A stretch of DNA of 63,720 bases, counting the filler, from Octopus bimaculoides (Eukaryota), in NCBI RefSeq assembly GCF_001194135.2. It is 4 parts of 4 records of this genome, joined end to end, with 100 filler letters (N's around TTAATTAATTAA, not from the genome) between each part and the next. Parts side by side here need not be neighbours in the genome. Positions count along the whole stretch, not along the records: positions 18,351 to 40,898 come from NC_068981.1; 3 more parts are not named here. One strand, 5' to 3'. Below the pieces are notes generated by a model. The model was not told the DNA's origin and searched no databases. It was given only the letters and a program-made list of their open reading frames with translations. Below, piece by piece: positions 26,050 through 38,892 of this stretch (the stretch's first letter is position 1; every line of letters begins with the position of its first letter). The translations under genes were made by a program, and so were the position numbers.

Positions 26050-27667
26050 AGACAGAATTAAAAGGGAGATATATGAGTGACTCGCACAAATATATATATT
26101 GATGCTCTGAAGGCCAAGGCTAAACAGGAAGGGCAAGAACAAGAACAAAAGCGCAAAATGCCAAAAGGAGAAACGAAGAAGCACAAGGACAGAAACTGAT
26201 AGAGCCTAGGTTGTATGTGAATGTAAATTTTACTTAAATGATACCCGTTGGCATGGAGACAAGGGAAAGGGCTGCAGTTTTGCTCATCCCAAATCTTATC
26301 GGAAGAACAAGCAGGGTAACCACCTGAAACAGAACCAGCAAAAACATAGAGGGAAACCATCATGCATGGACCTGCAGGTTAATAGCGCACAAACAGGAAG
26401 AAACGAGTCTCAAAAGAGTAGGAAAAGAGATCAGCGCATGCATACTGCGCCCCTCAAAAGGCAATCTCCAGAGGCTGTATGAACATTGCCCAGAAGACAG
26501 TACAGCAGCTGATATGGATGCACAGGGTGCAAACTCAAAGCCATGCATTCCAGTGCACAAGACCGCCTCAGGTGACAGGCCCAGATTGGCCACCACTAAC
26601 ACCTACTCAGATATCGCACCCATATTCCTATCGAACATCGGAGGTGTGCTAAAACTCAGCAACAGAAGTAAAATTCTCTATCTCAAAGAGCTTGCTACAT
26701 TCAATCAAGCAATATGCATGGTACTCACTGAAACGCATCTAACTCCTAATGTAACATGCGGATGTGCGCATACCAGAGTATGCTGTATTTCGACAGACAG
26801 AAGAGAAAGAAGCTACGGTAGAGTTACTATGTACATCCGTGAAGATGTCACACCTCTTGTATTATTGTCACATTCAAACTCAGCTTGTGGTACTTTAATA
26901 ATACGTATAAGGCAATTTGATGTAGTTGTATGCCGAATGCCACAAAATATGATGGCATATTTGAGGATAGCTTCAAACACATCGAGGAGGTATTAACAAA
27001 CCTAGATCAGAACATCAACATACTCTTCCTCGGTGACTTCAACCTCCCACATGTTAAATGGCCAGAAGGCTACATCCTGTCTGGAATGTCACTGCATGAA
27101 CAAATGCATGTAGAGTCATTACATGAACTTTCTAATATACTGTTCATGGAGTAAGTGATACTCAGGCCAACCAAGGGAAACATCATCTTGGACCTCTGCT
27201 TCACAAATAATGTGGACATTATCCATAATGTGAAGGTGACACCAACAGCACTCTCAGACCACAACATTGTTGAACTAGCTGTGTATGGTCCTGAGCGAAC
27301 TGTTGGTATCTACCACATCAGGAGGACACAAGCCTTATCCAACCTGAATTTCAATAAATCAAAATGAAAATCAATCCGCAAAGAGATCCACAAACGAATC
27401 TGGTCCAACATTCTGTGTATGCAACACATTGATCTGAAACTCAGCCAGTTTATGTCAACAGTGCAAGCTCTATGCACTAAATATACCCCCAGAAAGAAAG
27501 GCCAGTACACTGACACACAAGATTCCTAGGGACAGAAAAGTCCTTATGAGGCGCAGGTCAAAGGTCTCAAAGCGGCTGAATAGGCAACTGAAGGATAGGG
27601 AGAAGTCTATATTAATACGGACACTACTAGAAATCGAAGATAAGATCAAACTTACATAAGGGAAAGA

Positions 27668-27764
<97 letters not shown>

Positions 27765-28400
27765 GACAGACAGACAGACAGACAGGCAGACAGACAGAAG
27801 AGAGCACGCAAAAGAAACAGCTAGAATACAATATAAAATGGAACCATTGTACCAAGGGAATGACTCACTGAACGCGGACCCCGGAAGGATAAGTGAGACA
27901 CTCAGTGAACAATTTAAACGTGTCTTCTCTTCTCCCTTGGACACGTGCAAATAAAAAATCCAGGCTGAATTTTTTAATATTGCAGCTCTTAAAAAAGAGT
28001 TGCCAGCCATTGATTACAACAACGTTGAGAAGACAGATGTAACAGCGGCCATAGATGAAATGAGCTCATGCTCTGCAACTGGTCCTGGTGGCTTTCCAGC
28101 GATTCTCCCGAAGTCATGTAAGCCAAACCACTTCAGATACTTTTCCAAAGTTTCTTTGCAAGTGGTAAACTTCCTAAAAATCTAAAAAATGGCATTATAT
28201 GCCCTATGCACAAAGGTGGAAGCCGAGCAGAAGCCAAAAACTACAGGCCTATCTCTCTGACGTATCAGTAAAGTCAAGAAGCAAATCATTAGAAAGACGT
28301 TTATAATGTTCCTAGAAGAAAATGACCAAATGAACAATACACAGCATGGCTTCTGTCCTGGAAGAAGCTGCCTCACACAGCTCCTACAGCACTATAACGG
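26050..28400 (+). mobile_element. Decayed CR1/L2-group LINE (ORF1 remnant, APE endonuclease, N-terminal RT), 3' truncated
   Basis: APE motifs IFLSNIGG, MVLTETHL, FLGDFNLPHVKW, PTKGNIILDLCFTNN, LSDHNIV. RT motifs ATGPGGFPAI, KNYRPISLT, QHGFCPGRSCLTQLLQHY. CCCH-like remnant CKFYLND..HGDKGKGCSFAHP upstream. Many stops and frameshifts. Confidence 0.88.
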
Positions 28401-28557
28401 TTTTGGAACAGCTGCTTCACCATTCAGATATCAAATGTCACTTGTGTTTGGGACGTGCTGCATTATACATTATAATGAGACACTTATCTGCCCCTGTCTT
28501 TTCTCTCCCTCTCTCTTCCTCTCTTTCTTTCGCTGTGTCTGTCTGTCTGTTTGTCTG

Positions 28558-28610
<53 letters not shown>

Positions 28611-28613
<3 letters not shown>

Positions 28614-29130
28614 CGAGATGCGGTCAGAGTGAGGAAACCGTTCTGCACGCACTCGTGCAGTGTCCAACCATTTCGAACCTGTGGGCTTATGCCGAACGGC
28701 TGCTGTCACGTGTGGGACAAGTACGCCTGTCGGCCGAGTCTATATTGACAATTGCTCCGCCACCTTCCCTCAGCCGGGAAGGCAAAGCAGTTTTCATCGT
28801 ACTGGTGGCCATGGTGAAAGAATATGTGTGGTGGACTCGAGCGAAAGGATTAGAGACAAATACTTACCTCTCTGGCCAATCGCTCAACTTTTTCAAGTAC
28901 CACTTGAAAAGAAAGGTGAGAATGGAGAGGCAGGTTTTGTCTCGTGAAAGTTTCAAAAAAAGGTGGGTGAATGTAGCAAAGATGGTACGATTAAATGACA
29001 AAACCACTTTGAGCATGATCCTGTAAATCGAAAAAAGAGAGAGAGAGAGCACTTTGCTCTCATGTGTTTATTCCTTCCCTGCCTGAGGTTACCGTGGTCT
29101 TTTCCGTAGGCTTTTCTATCCACTGATAAA
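28611..29130 (+). mobile_element. 5'-truncated L1/Tx1-clade LINE (ORF2 C-terminus with CCHC motif, plus 3' UTR)
   Basis: Open frame RCGQSEETVLHALVQCPTISNLWAY...KKRWVNVAK...SMIL* (stop at 29026), typical of the Tx1/L1 C-terminal zinc motif. Confidence 0.8.
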
Positions 29131-29139
29131 CCTAATCTT

Positions 29140-29814
29140 GCTTCTTACAGTTTGCCAAAAGCTTGGTGATGCCTGCTCAGAGGCCAACGCAAAGTTTTCA
29201 AAAACTTTTCATCGGTCACGTCACTCATTAAGGAAATTTTGTGCAAGTGGAACCCAAGTGTCTGTTTGGTCAGCTGAAAGCAGTTTTGGCACAAGCATAG
29301 CAGACACGCATCTCACCCAAATTTTCAATGATAATGGACTGAACTGAACCATAACTAATCTACATGTCCTCTGATAACTCATGGATGGTGGTTCGACGAT
29401 TTCCCCACAGAGCTGCACGCGCATCTACGAAGTTTTTCTCAATTCTCTTGGTTGCGGGTCTCCCAGAACATTCGTCAATATTAACAATTTTTCCACCATC
29501 TTGGAAACGTCTGAACCACTCGTACGCTTGTGTGCGGCTCATACACTCCCCTCCATACACTTTCTGCAATTTCCGTAGGCCTCTGAGCTGGTATTGCCAT
29601 GACAACTTTCTCTGTCATGGTCAATGCGACGATGACACGCTACACACCTTCCTTCTAATCAATTCTGTAAACAGCGGAGGTGAGCTATAAGGTTAAAACT
29701 TAGTGCGCATGCACAGCAGAGTTCAAGGTCAATCTTCACCTAGCGGCTTCAATGTGCATACTTTAGCTTCGTTACTATAGCAACAGTCCGGATACTTATT
29801 GATCAAACATCGTA
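29140..29814 (-). mobile_element. Mariner transposon remnant (N-terminal HTH of the transposase)
   Basis: KLQKVYGGECMSRTQAYEWFRRFQDG...SGRP and VSAMLVPKLLSADQ. TIR TACGATGTTTGATCAATAAGTATCCGGACT next to TA at 29815-29816. Confidence 0.88.
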
Positions 29815-29956
29815 TATGATTGATTACATTAATCATATATTTATTTGTATAAACAATTTTCTTTGTAAATACACTCCTTATTCATACTTTTATTAACCTA
29901 CATTTTTATGTCGATGTTTGTGTTTGTGCTTAGTGTTTGTGTATGTGTGTGTGTGT

Positions 29957-30011
<55 letters not shown>

Positions 30012-31293
30012 CGTATGAGATGTATGTCTGTGTGCATATAGATATGTGACTTAAACCCGCGTTGCTAAAATGTTTCATAGACGTTACTGCAAGTGTGATA
30101 GTAATTCTATCTGTCTGCCTGCCTATCTGTCTATTTGTCTATCTGTATATCTATCAGTCTGTCTGTATACCTATCTATCAAGCGATATACACACATATAT
30201 GTATGTCGTACTCCCCCCTCTCTCACTCTTACTCTCTACACTCTTACTCTCTTACTCTCTCACCTTTACTCTCTCACTCTCTTCTCTCTTTCCCTCTCTC
30301 TCACTCTCTCTCACTCTTACTCTCTACATTCTTACTCTCTTACTCTCTCACCCTTACTCTCTCACTCTCTTCTCTCTTTCCCTCTCGCTCACTCTCATTC
30401 TCTTTCTCTCTTTCTCTCCCCCATACCCGTCTTCCCTCTCTCCCACTCTCTTCTATCTCACTCTCTTCTCTCTCACTCTCTTCTCTCTCACTCTCTTCTC
30501 TCTCACTCTCTTTCTCTTCCTCTCTTTCTCCCCCATACCCACCTTCCCCCTCTCTCTCCCCCNNNNNNNNNNNNNNNNNNNNNNNNNNNNNNNNNNNNNN
30601 NNNNNNNNNNNNNNNNNNNNNNNNNNNNNNNNNNNNNNNNNNNNNNNNNNNNNNNNNNNNNNNNNNNNNNNNNNNNNNNNNNNNNNNNNNNNNNNNNNNN
30701 NNNNNNNNNNNNNNNNNNNNNNNNNNNNNNNNNNNNNNNNNNNNNNNNNNNNNNNNNNNNNNNNNNNNNNNNNNNNNNNNNNNNNNNNNNNNNNNNNNNN
30801 NNNNNNNNNNNNNNNNNNNNNNNNNNNNNNNNNNNNNNNNNNNNNNNNNNNNNNNNNNNNNNNNNNNNNNNNNNNNNNNNNNNNNNNNNNNNNNNNNNNN
30901 NNNNNNNNNNNNNNNNNNNNNNNNNNNNNNNNNNNNNNNNNNNNNNNNNNNNNNNNNNNNNNNNNNNNNNNNNNNNNNNNNNNNNNNNNNNNNNNNNNNN
31001 NNNNNNNNNNNNNNNNNNNNNNNNNNNNNNNNNNNNNNNNNNNNNNNNNNNNNNNNNNNNNNNNNNNNNNNNNNNNNNNNNNNNNNNNNNNNNNNNNNNN
31101 NNNNNNNNNNNNNNNNNNNNNNNNNNNNNNNNNNNNNNNNNNNNNNNNNNNNNNNNNCCTTTTCTTAGCTCTCCTGAAAAAAGAATTTATAACTTCCGGT
31201 CAGCCATTGTTATGATCAGCCATTATTATGATTGACCGTTGACTGGACTTTATTCAATTTTTTTTCTCCGTGTTTTTCTCCTTGTCTCCGTAT

Positions 31294-31330
31294 TCTTTCT
31301 GTTGAAGAGCGTAGCTCGAAACGTCAAAGA
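31294..31330 (+). ncRNA. Minimal type I hammerhead-like motif with variant CUGUUGA core
   Basis: Stem I TCTTT/AAAGA; CTGTTGA(A); stem II GAGC-GTA-GCTC; GAAAC-GT palindromic stem III; GUC cleavage triplet. Confidence 0.6.
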
Positions 31331-32176
31331 CTTTCCGTATTCCCGAGCGTCATACTAATACATCCTTTTGTTATTTACACCACCTGTCCTCGTCTGTTGT
31401 TGTTTTTTCGTATATTCTCCCATATATATATATATGTGTGTATATATGTGTGTGTGTGTGTGTGTGCATGTGTGTGTGTGTGCGTGTGTGTGTGTATGTC
31501 TGTGTGTGTGTGTATTGATAGAAATGGTAAGACAACAAAAGAATGAAAGAGATCTCGATATTATGTAAATAGAGGAATTTATCTGTAAATAATATGTGAC
31601 AATTATTCGGTTGCCATGATGAAACTCCGAGTTCCGCCCCGACATCCGAAACTCGGAGTTTTATCATGGCTACCGAATAATTGTCACATATATTTACAGA
31701 TATATATATACGCGCGCACGCACACACGCACACACACATGAATATAGGCGTGGCTGTGTGGTACGGAACTTGCTTCCGAACCACATGGCCTCGGGTTCAG
31801 TCCCACTGCGATAGTAATTGTCCTCTGTTATATATATGTGTGCGTGTGTGTCTTTTCATCTGTGTTTCATCGCCGCTTGACAACCGGTGTTGGTTTGTTA
31901 CGTCCACTGAATCTTGCGTTCCAGGCTTTAAAAATACAAGTACTGGAGTCGAGTTGTTTCACTAAAAATTCTTTATGGCAGTGCTCCAGCATAGCCGCAG
32001 TCTATTGTCTAAAAAAAGCAAAAGAATAAATGAATAAAATAATACTTATATTTACATACATACGTGCAAACATGCATACAAGCATAAATTTATATATACA
32101 TGTATGCTTATATATTCATATATGCATATAGTTACAAGCGCACAGAAAAATACACACATATATATATACATATATG

Positions 32177-32211
<35 letters not shown>

Positions 32212-33454
32212 TGTGCGTATCTGTCTGTGTGTGTATGTCAGTGTGTATGTACGCAACATCCTAGTTTTCAAACAGACATTTACAATAAATTTGTGTCTGC
32301 GCTCGTATTTCATCTCCTTAAAGAACTATTTGAGATAGTGTGACGTCATTCGTAATTGATTTCCTGGAAAATAACAATATACTACACTTCGCGAAAGCTT
32401 ACAATCTTACAAAGATTACTTAACGCAGCCTCTGAGCTACTTTGATGGCGTTTAAAGTGTTTTGTACGTGAGGGCACGCACATTCTACATGCCACATCTT
32501 CCATTTCTCCACCTCTAGTACTACTTCTCTTAATAACCGCATTATTAACCCGCCACTCCTCCTGGACTCTCTATTCTCCTATCACCATTCCGTCTTAATA
32601 CGCTTACCCCCCCACNNNNNNNNNNNNNNNNNNNNNNNNNNNNNNNNNNNNNNNNNNNNNNNNNNNNNNNNNNNNNNNNNNNNNNNNNNNNNNNNNNNNN
32701 NNNNNNNNNNNNNNNNNNNNNNNNNNNNNNNNNNNNNNNNNNNNNNNNNNNNNNNNNNNNNNNNNNNNNNNNNNNNNNNNCCCCACCCAACGCCACGGAC
32801 CTTCCTATTTTCCTCCTATAATACAGCCAGTTCTCGACATTTAATCATTCCATCTTTGAACTTCTCTGCATTAAAATCTGATATGTAGGATCTTCTCTAC
32901 CCTGATGACGGAAGCTCGTATCATCTAATGTTGATTGTATCCATTACGGCCACATATCGTGATGAACCATATCTAACAACATTATTATGGATCTCCGCAC
33001 CCCCGAAAACAGCTGTTGGACTTATAACACCTTTCTCTCATGCCTTTAATTTTCTCTGTCATTTGTACTCTGAAAGTTAGACATATTAGTATAAACATCT
33101 GTATATTCACACTTAGAAATTCATCACCTGAAGGTCTCCACCTTTGGCTTTCTCTTGGTTTGCGTGTATACATATTCTTTATTTCGTACCTAAACTATTA
33201 TATTTAAGATATTTAGTGTAACTAATTTGCTTATCCGCATAATTGCCACCCTCTTCCATGGGGCTGGCCAGATTGGAGCAATATCGAGAATAACCAGCCG
33301 AAATTGCAAGGATAATCTGGAACTCGACTGAGGAAAGAAAACTCCGAATGATCCATCCTTGTTTTCTTTGTATCGTCTGTCTGGATGTTTTGTCCCTTTC
33401 TTGTATCACCTAACTGTCTGGATGTTTTGCGTTCTTGTCCCATTCTGTATTATT

Positions 33455-33595
<141 letters not shown>

Positions 33596-33689
33596 GCCGA
33601 TTGGTTCAAGCTACGTCATACATCGCTACTGGTCACACCAAACAAATGACGTCACCAAGAAGTCACCCAACCAGGTGGACTTCAGCTAA

Positions 33690-34260
33690 AGCAAAAATAT
33701 TTGGTCAAAACTTCCCAAAACTACGTAATCTATTAAGGTGGCCAACCAGACGGACAAAAACAAGTAGCATCATTAAACATACAACCAATGAGAACTTTGG
33801 AGTAAGGATTATTTTCCAGCATAACATGGCAGTCCTGGTTTAGGACAAATGTTGCTGTTATTTAGCCCCGGGAGGGGCTAAATTACAGCAACAAAACGAC
33901 ATAACCAAATCCCAAAACCCAACTGTGACAAAATGTGGAAGAACAAATTGCAGCACCTGGTATATCTAATTGAAGGACCAGAATTCAAATTTAAAGATGG
34001 AGAAACCTTTAAAATAAAAGTAAATTTCATCCGTAACTCCGAAAATTTAATCTACGCAATAACATGCGGTCGATGCCAACAAACCTATATCGGTCAGACG
34101 GGTGTTTCGTTACGCAAAAGAATGACAATACACCTCCAACAGGTCCGAGACGAGAGCACAAAGAAGATTCCCCTAAGCAGTGACATTGCAAACTGTGCAT
34201 AAACGGTCTTAACCAATGTTAAAATCTTCCCCTTCTACAACGGATAATAAACGAGGGAAA
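33690..34260 (+). mobile_element. Penelope-like element, GIY-YIG endonuclease fragment
   Basis: NLIYAITCGRCQQTYIGQTGVSLRKRMTIH, preceded by a frameshifted KCGRTNCST knuckle remnant. Confidence 0.85.
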
Positions 34261-34322
34261 ACAATTCAAAACAACTAAATATCGAAACACCCACAATCAA
34301 TAAATAAGGATCTGTCACACAT

Positions 34323-34358
<36 letters not shown>

Positions 34359-35458
34359 CGCAAACGCACACACATACACACACACATAAAACATTTCCAT
34401 AAGACCAAACGCACAACATAAATCCACACACCACAAATTACACAACATATTTCCAAAACACAAAAACACACACTTATGTACACACATACACCACCAAAAC
34501 AAATAAAATACACTCATACTTCAATCGAAACACACACAACAACAACAACAACAAATAAAAAATAATTCCCTCCAAATCCTTTGAATGACCATTCTTAAAA
34601 GAAACTCTTAACCACAAACCATATTTTCTCAATAGAAAAATGAGAAATGTTTTGACAATATATTCAAAACACACACACACACACACATACACAAAGACAC
34701 ATACACACACATTCCCTATTCAATTCAAAAGACTGCTTTTCAATGGAATTCCTGAAACTGGGTCATTTGAACCCCCACTCCAAACCTACACAGACAAAAC
34801 ATATATAAGAAGTGACTCTAAATTAAAATTTTACTTTGCACAAAACCATGGGTACAGCCTGTTAACCCCCAAGTCTTCTTCTCTTTGACTCACCCCAAAA
34901 TTCTTTTCAATATTTGATAAGCTAGATACACCAGTACCGGTAATATTTTAAATCACTCACTCTAACAAAAATATTAAACATTCTCTAAAATTTACGTTTG
35001 TGCCTTTTCCAACCTTATTTATTTTTTTAACCATAATTTATTTCTATGGACTCTGAACCCCTTTTCCACTATATACATATATATATATATATANNNNNNN
35101 NNNNNNNNNNNNNNNNNNNNNNNNNNNNNNNNNNNNNNNNNNNNNNNNNNNNNNNNNNNNNNNNNNNNNNNNNNNNNNNNNNNNNNNNNNNNNNNNNNNN
35201 NNNNNNNNNNNNNNNNNNNNNNNNNNNNNNNNNNNNNNNNNNNNNNNNNNNNNNNNNNNNNNNNNNNNNNNNNNNNNNNNNNNNNNNNNNNNNNNNNNNN
35301 NNNNNNNNNNNNNNNNNNNNNNNNNNNNNNNNNNNNNNNNNNATATATATAATTTTAAGGATAAAATCTAAAATCTTTATATGAATTTATCAAGTAGTTA
35401 GCGTGAAAAACTTCATAAGGGAAAAAATCCCAATTATTCCCTTCAAATATATCCATTT

Positions 35459-35606
35459 ATATTAAGGGCATTCCTACACATAAATGCCTTACGCTATGAG
35501 GGACTCTTAAAGTCAAAACTACCATAATGAATACATTACGGTAGATTTGACTTTTAGAGAGTCCCTCATTATGTGAGGCATTTATGTGTAGCAATGCCCT
35601 TAATAT
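35459..35606. repeat. Imperfect ~72-bp-arm hairpin with 4-nt loop
   Basis: ATATTAAGGGCATT...CATAATG-AATA-CATTACGG...AATGCCCTTAATAT. Confidence 0.85.
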
Positions 35607-36862
35607 GAATAATATATATATATATATATATATTCTTTATACACACACACATTATGCTTTTTGTTTTGTTTTGCTTGTTTTGTTTTTCCAGTAGCTTAAA
35701 AGTAGAATCGAGTGGCCTTGAAGTTATGATAACATGACTGCTAGCAAATGACCCAGCCTCACTGTGGAGTACAATTTTGTTAATAATTATGCTAAACGGA
35801 ACAAACACCAGTGACATCGAAGACCAAGCTGAATCGAGAATGTGGCGGCAGCCATTTTCATAACACACATATCTCTTTAGAAACGCTACCCACCGCACAA
35901 CATTTTACTTCGTCTCCAATTTCATCAGCGTTTATTTTATTTCATTTTGTTTTTTCAAATAGTCTTTCTCGATGCGTCTCAGTATCTTTTTCTCTTCACT
36001 CATTTCACATTATATTACTGCGCCAAACTATTCAAAACATTTCGAGTACAACACAGCAAAAGACGCGCCCTTAAACACTCATACGTATTATGCATACATA
36101 CATTATATATATTAGGAGCACTCCGTCGGTTACGACGACGAGCGTCCCAGCTGATACGGAACAGCTTGCTTATCAAATTAACGTGCTAGTGGCTGAGCAC
36201 TCCGCAGACACGAGTGCCTTTAATGTAGTTCTCAGGGAAATTCAGCGTGACACAGAGTGTGACAAGGCTGACCCTTTTGAAATACAGGTTCTACTCATTT
36301 TTGCCAGCTGAGTGGATTGGAGCAGCATGAAATAAAGTGTCTTGCTCAAGGACACAACGCGTCGCCGGAAATTGAAATCATGACCTTACGACCGTGAGCC
36401 GAATGACCTAACCACTGAGCTACGCGCCTCCCCCCACACACACATACACATATATGTATATATGTATGTATATATATATATATATTTTATTTTTTATTTT
36501 TTTTAAGTTTCAGCTTAGAGCTGCGGCCATGCTGATGCACCACCGTGTTGCTACACTGTTATTACAGGGAGCCTCTTACAATATATATATATATATATAT
36601 ANNNNNNNNNNNNNNNNNNNNNNNNNNNNNNNNNNNNNNNNNNNNNNNNNNNNNNNNNNNNNNNNNNNNNNNNNNNNNNNNNNNNNNNNNNNNNNNNNNN
36701 NNNNNNNNNNNNNNNNNNNNNNNNNNNNNNNNNNNNNNNNNNNNNNNNNNNNNNNNNNNNNNNNNNNNNNNNNNNNNNNNNNNNNNNNNNNNNNNNNNNN
36801 NNNNNNNNNNNNNNNNNNNNNNNNNNNNNNNNNNNNNNNNNNNNNNNNTATCTGTGTGTGTG

Positions 36863-36919
<57 letters not shown>

Positions 36920-37258
36920 AGATAAGTGTGTATATATGGAATCTACTCACGTATTCATGTCCACAAGAAAATATAATCCGCTGTATTATACAGATAATGA
37001 AATTAAGACGATGACATAAACATAAAACTGTATGAAATAGGCTAAAACAGAAACAGAAAACATTATTTTAGCGTCTACATATTTTCCGTGTCTTCAATGA
37101 TATATGATACAATGTAAATTTCGATGTAATACCAATCGTATAACCATATAAATATGTGTATGTGCGTGTGTGTGTTTGTGTGTGTGTTTGTGTGTGTATG
37201 TGTGTGTGTGTGTGTTTGTGTATGTGCATGTGCGTGTGCGTGTGTGTGTTTATGTATT

Positions 37259-37293
<35 letters not shown>

Positions 37294-37500
37294 GGAAAAA
37301 AAGTCAAGGTAGAAAATGCTAAAATAATTTTATACAAAACATTTCAGTACCGGTTTCAGTCATTGAGACTTTTTCAACTGTAAGAATGGAAAACAATTAG
37401 ATTTTGGCAAAATTAAAAGAAAACAACAACAGCAACGAATGGTAAAGGTAATAAATGATTTAATTAATGATAGGAAATAAATATACTCTCTTATACATAC

Positions 37501-37689
37501 GCAAATATATTGAATGTAATATTTGAGTACAATAAATATGGTGATCGCTCCATCTTGACGAGGAATTGTCACCTCCTTGTAGTTCTTCATTGTTAATAAC
37601 ATTTTTGTCTTTCCGCCCATGCCCTCTCAGATGACTGTTCAGTCGCGTTGCAGATCTGCTTGGTTTGAAGCAAAGGCGACAAACAAATG
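37501..37689 (-). CDS. Candidate exon or pseudogene relic encoding one C2H2 zinc finger (FVCRLCFKPSRSATRLNSHLRGH, 37687-37619)
   Basis: Exact F-x-C-x2-C-x12-H-x3-H spacing with K and L at consensus positions, in a stop-free frame 37717-37463. Possible phase 1-1 exon (ttacag ... GTATGT, 189 nt), but the pyrimidine tract is weak. Confidence 0.4.
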
Positions 37690-38860
37690 CTGTAACTTGG
37701 TGTGCTCTTCCAACTGGTTAGGTCTGAACTTGTCGACACTGTTTCATCTTCATAGGACTTCCAAATGGAATGACAAATGAAGTCACTATAAAGCGACATC
37801 TCTACATCATTGGATTATAAATATACACACTTGTACAGCACGAGTCCCACTCTCGGAGTCACCGTGGTTAGTACTTAGTGATAGGCCTAAATACGTGCTT
37901 AATGCCATGTCAACTTTGGAGAATTTTTTATCCTTGAGATGATCTCCCAGTCTTAACAGGAACTGTTTTTAATTGCTATTTGGTAATTATAATGTATGAT
38001 CCAGAGTAGTGGCTCCCAGCCATTTCACATCTATGGATCCCTTTCATTACTATTTTATTCTGGTGGATCCCCATATTTCCTTGTTTTATAGAAACTTCTT
38101 TCAAAATTCTCATTTTGTTTATCAAGCATTCACTTATGTAAATTTGTTTATTGAGAAAACATGTTTCAGTTGCCGGAACATGTTCAACTCTGTAAAACAT
38201 TAAAAAAAAATTAACTGTTTCTGTCGATTAACACCTCAAAAGGATTCATTTGATATACCTGTATCAATCTCTGTTGTTCAAAATGCATATTGCTGGCCGA
38301 GTAATTTCTAATTGCTCATTTTTGATTGAGTTACGCAAATGACCTTCTTAGAATTTGTAAAAGTCAAAATACCATTGTTTCTTTATTGCCCACAAGGGGC
38401 GCACATAGATGGGACAAGACGTGTGGGACATATAACAAAATTTAACTTATGACAATATGAACTAAAAAGAAAAGGATAAATGGAAATGGAATTACTCGCC
38501 CTACGTACGAGCAGCCCCGTTTTAAATGTTTTAAACTCTGTTCCTTCCAAAATATCAAAGCCCGTTTCCTCCAATAGTCTATCATAAGTTGTGTAACATG
38601 GAAGTAAGGACCATGGCTACTCTGTGTGTGTGTGTGTGTGTGTGTATGTGTGTATGTGTGTGTGTGTGTGAGAGTTTAATTAAACTACATGTCATATGAA
38701 AATAACCTACAGAAATCCGCTTTTGAAATGATCAAAATAAACTCTGTTCTCTGGAGTAGTGTGTATGTGTGTGCATGAAACAGAGAGCATGTGTAGACAC
38801 GTTTATGCCTTTATATAATTAAATATTAAACGCTTATTTAACCAACGAAGACAGTGCGTC

Positions 38861-38892
<32 letters not shown>

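Noticed and set aside
32901-33020. CTGATGA ... GAAAACAGCTGT as a hammerhead with a long stem II
   Set aside because: No convincing stem II closure and only 2 bp of stem I.
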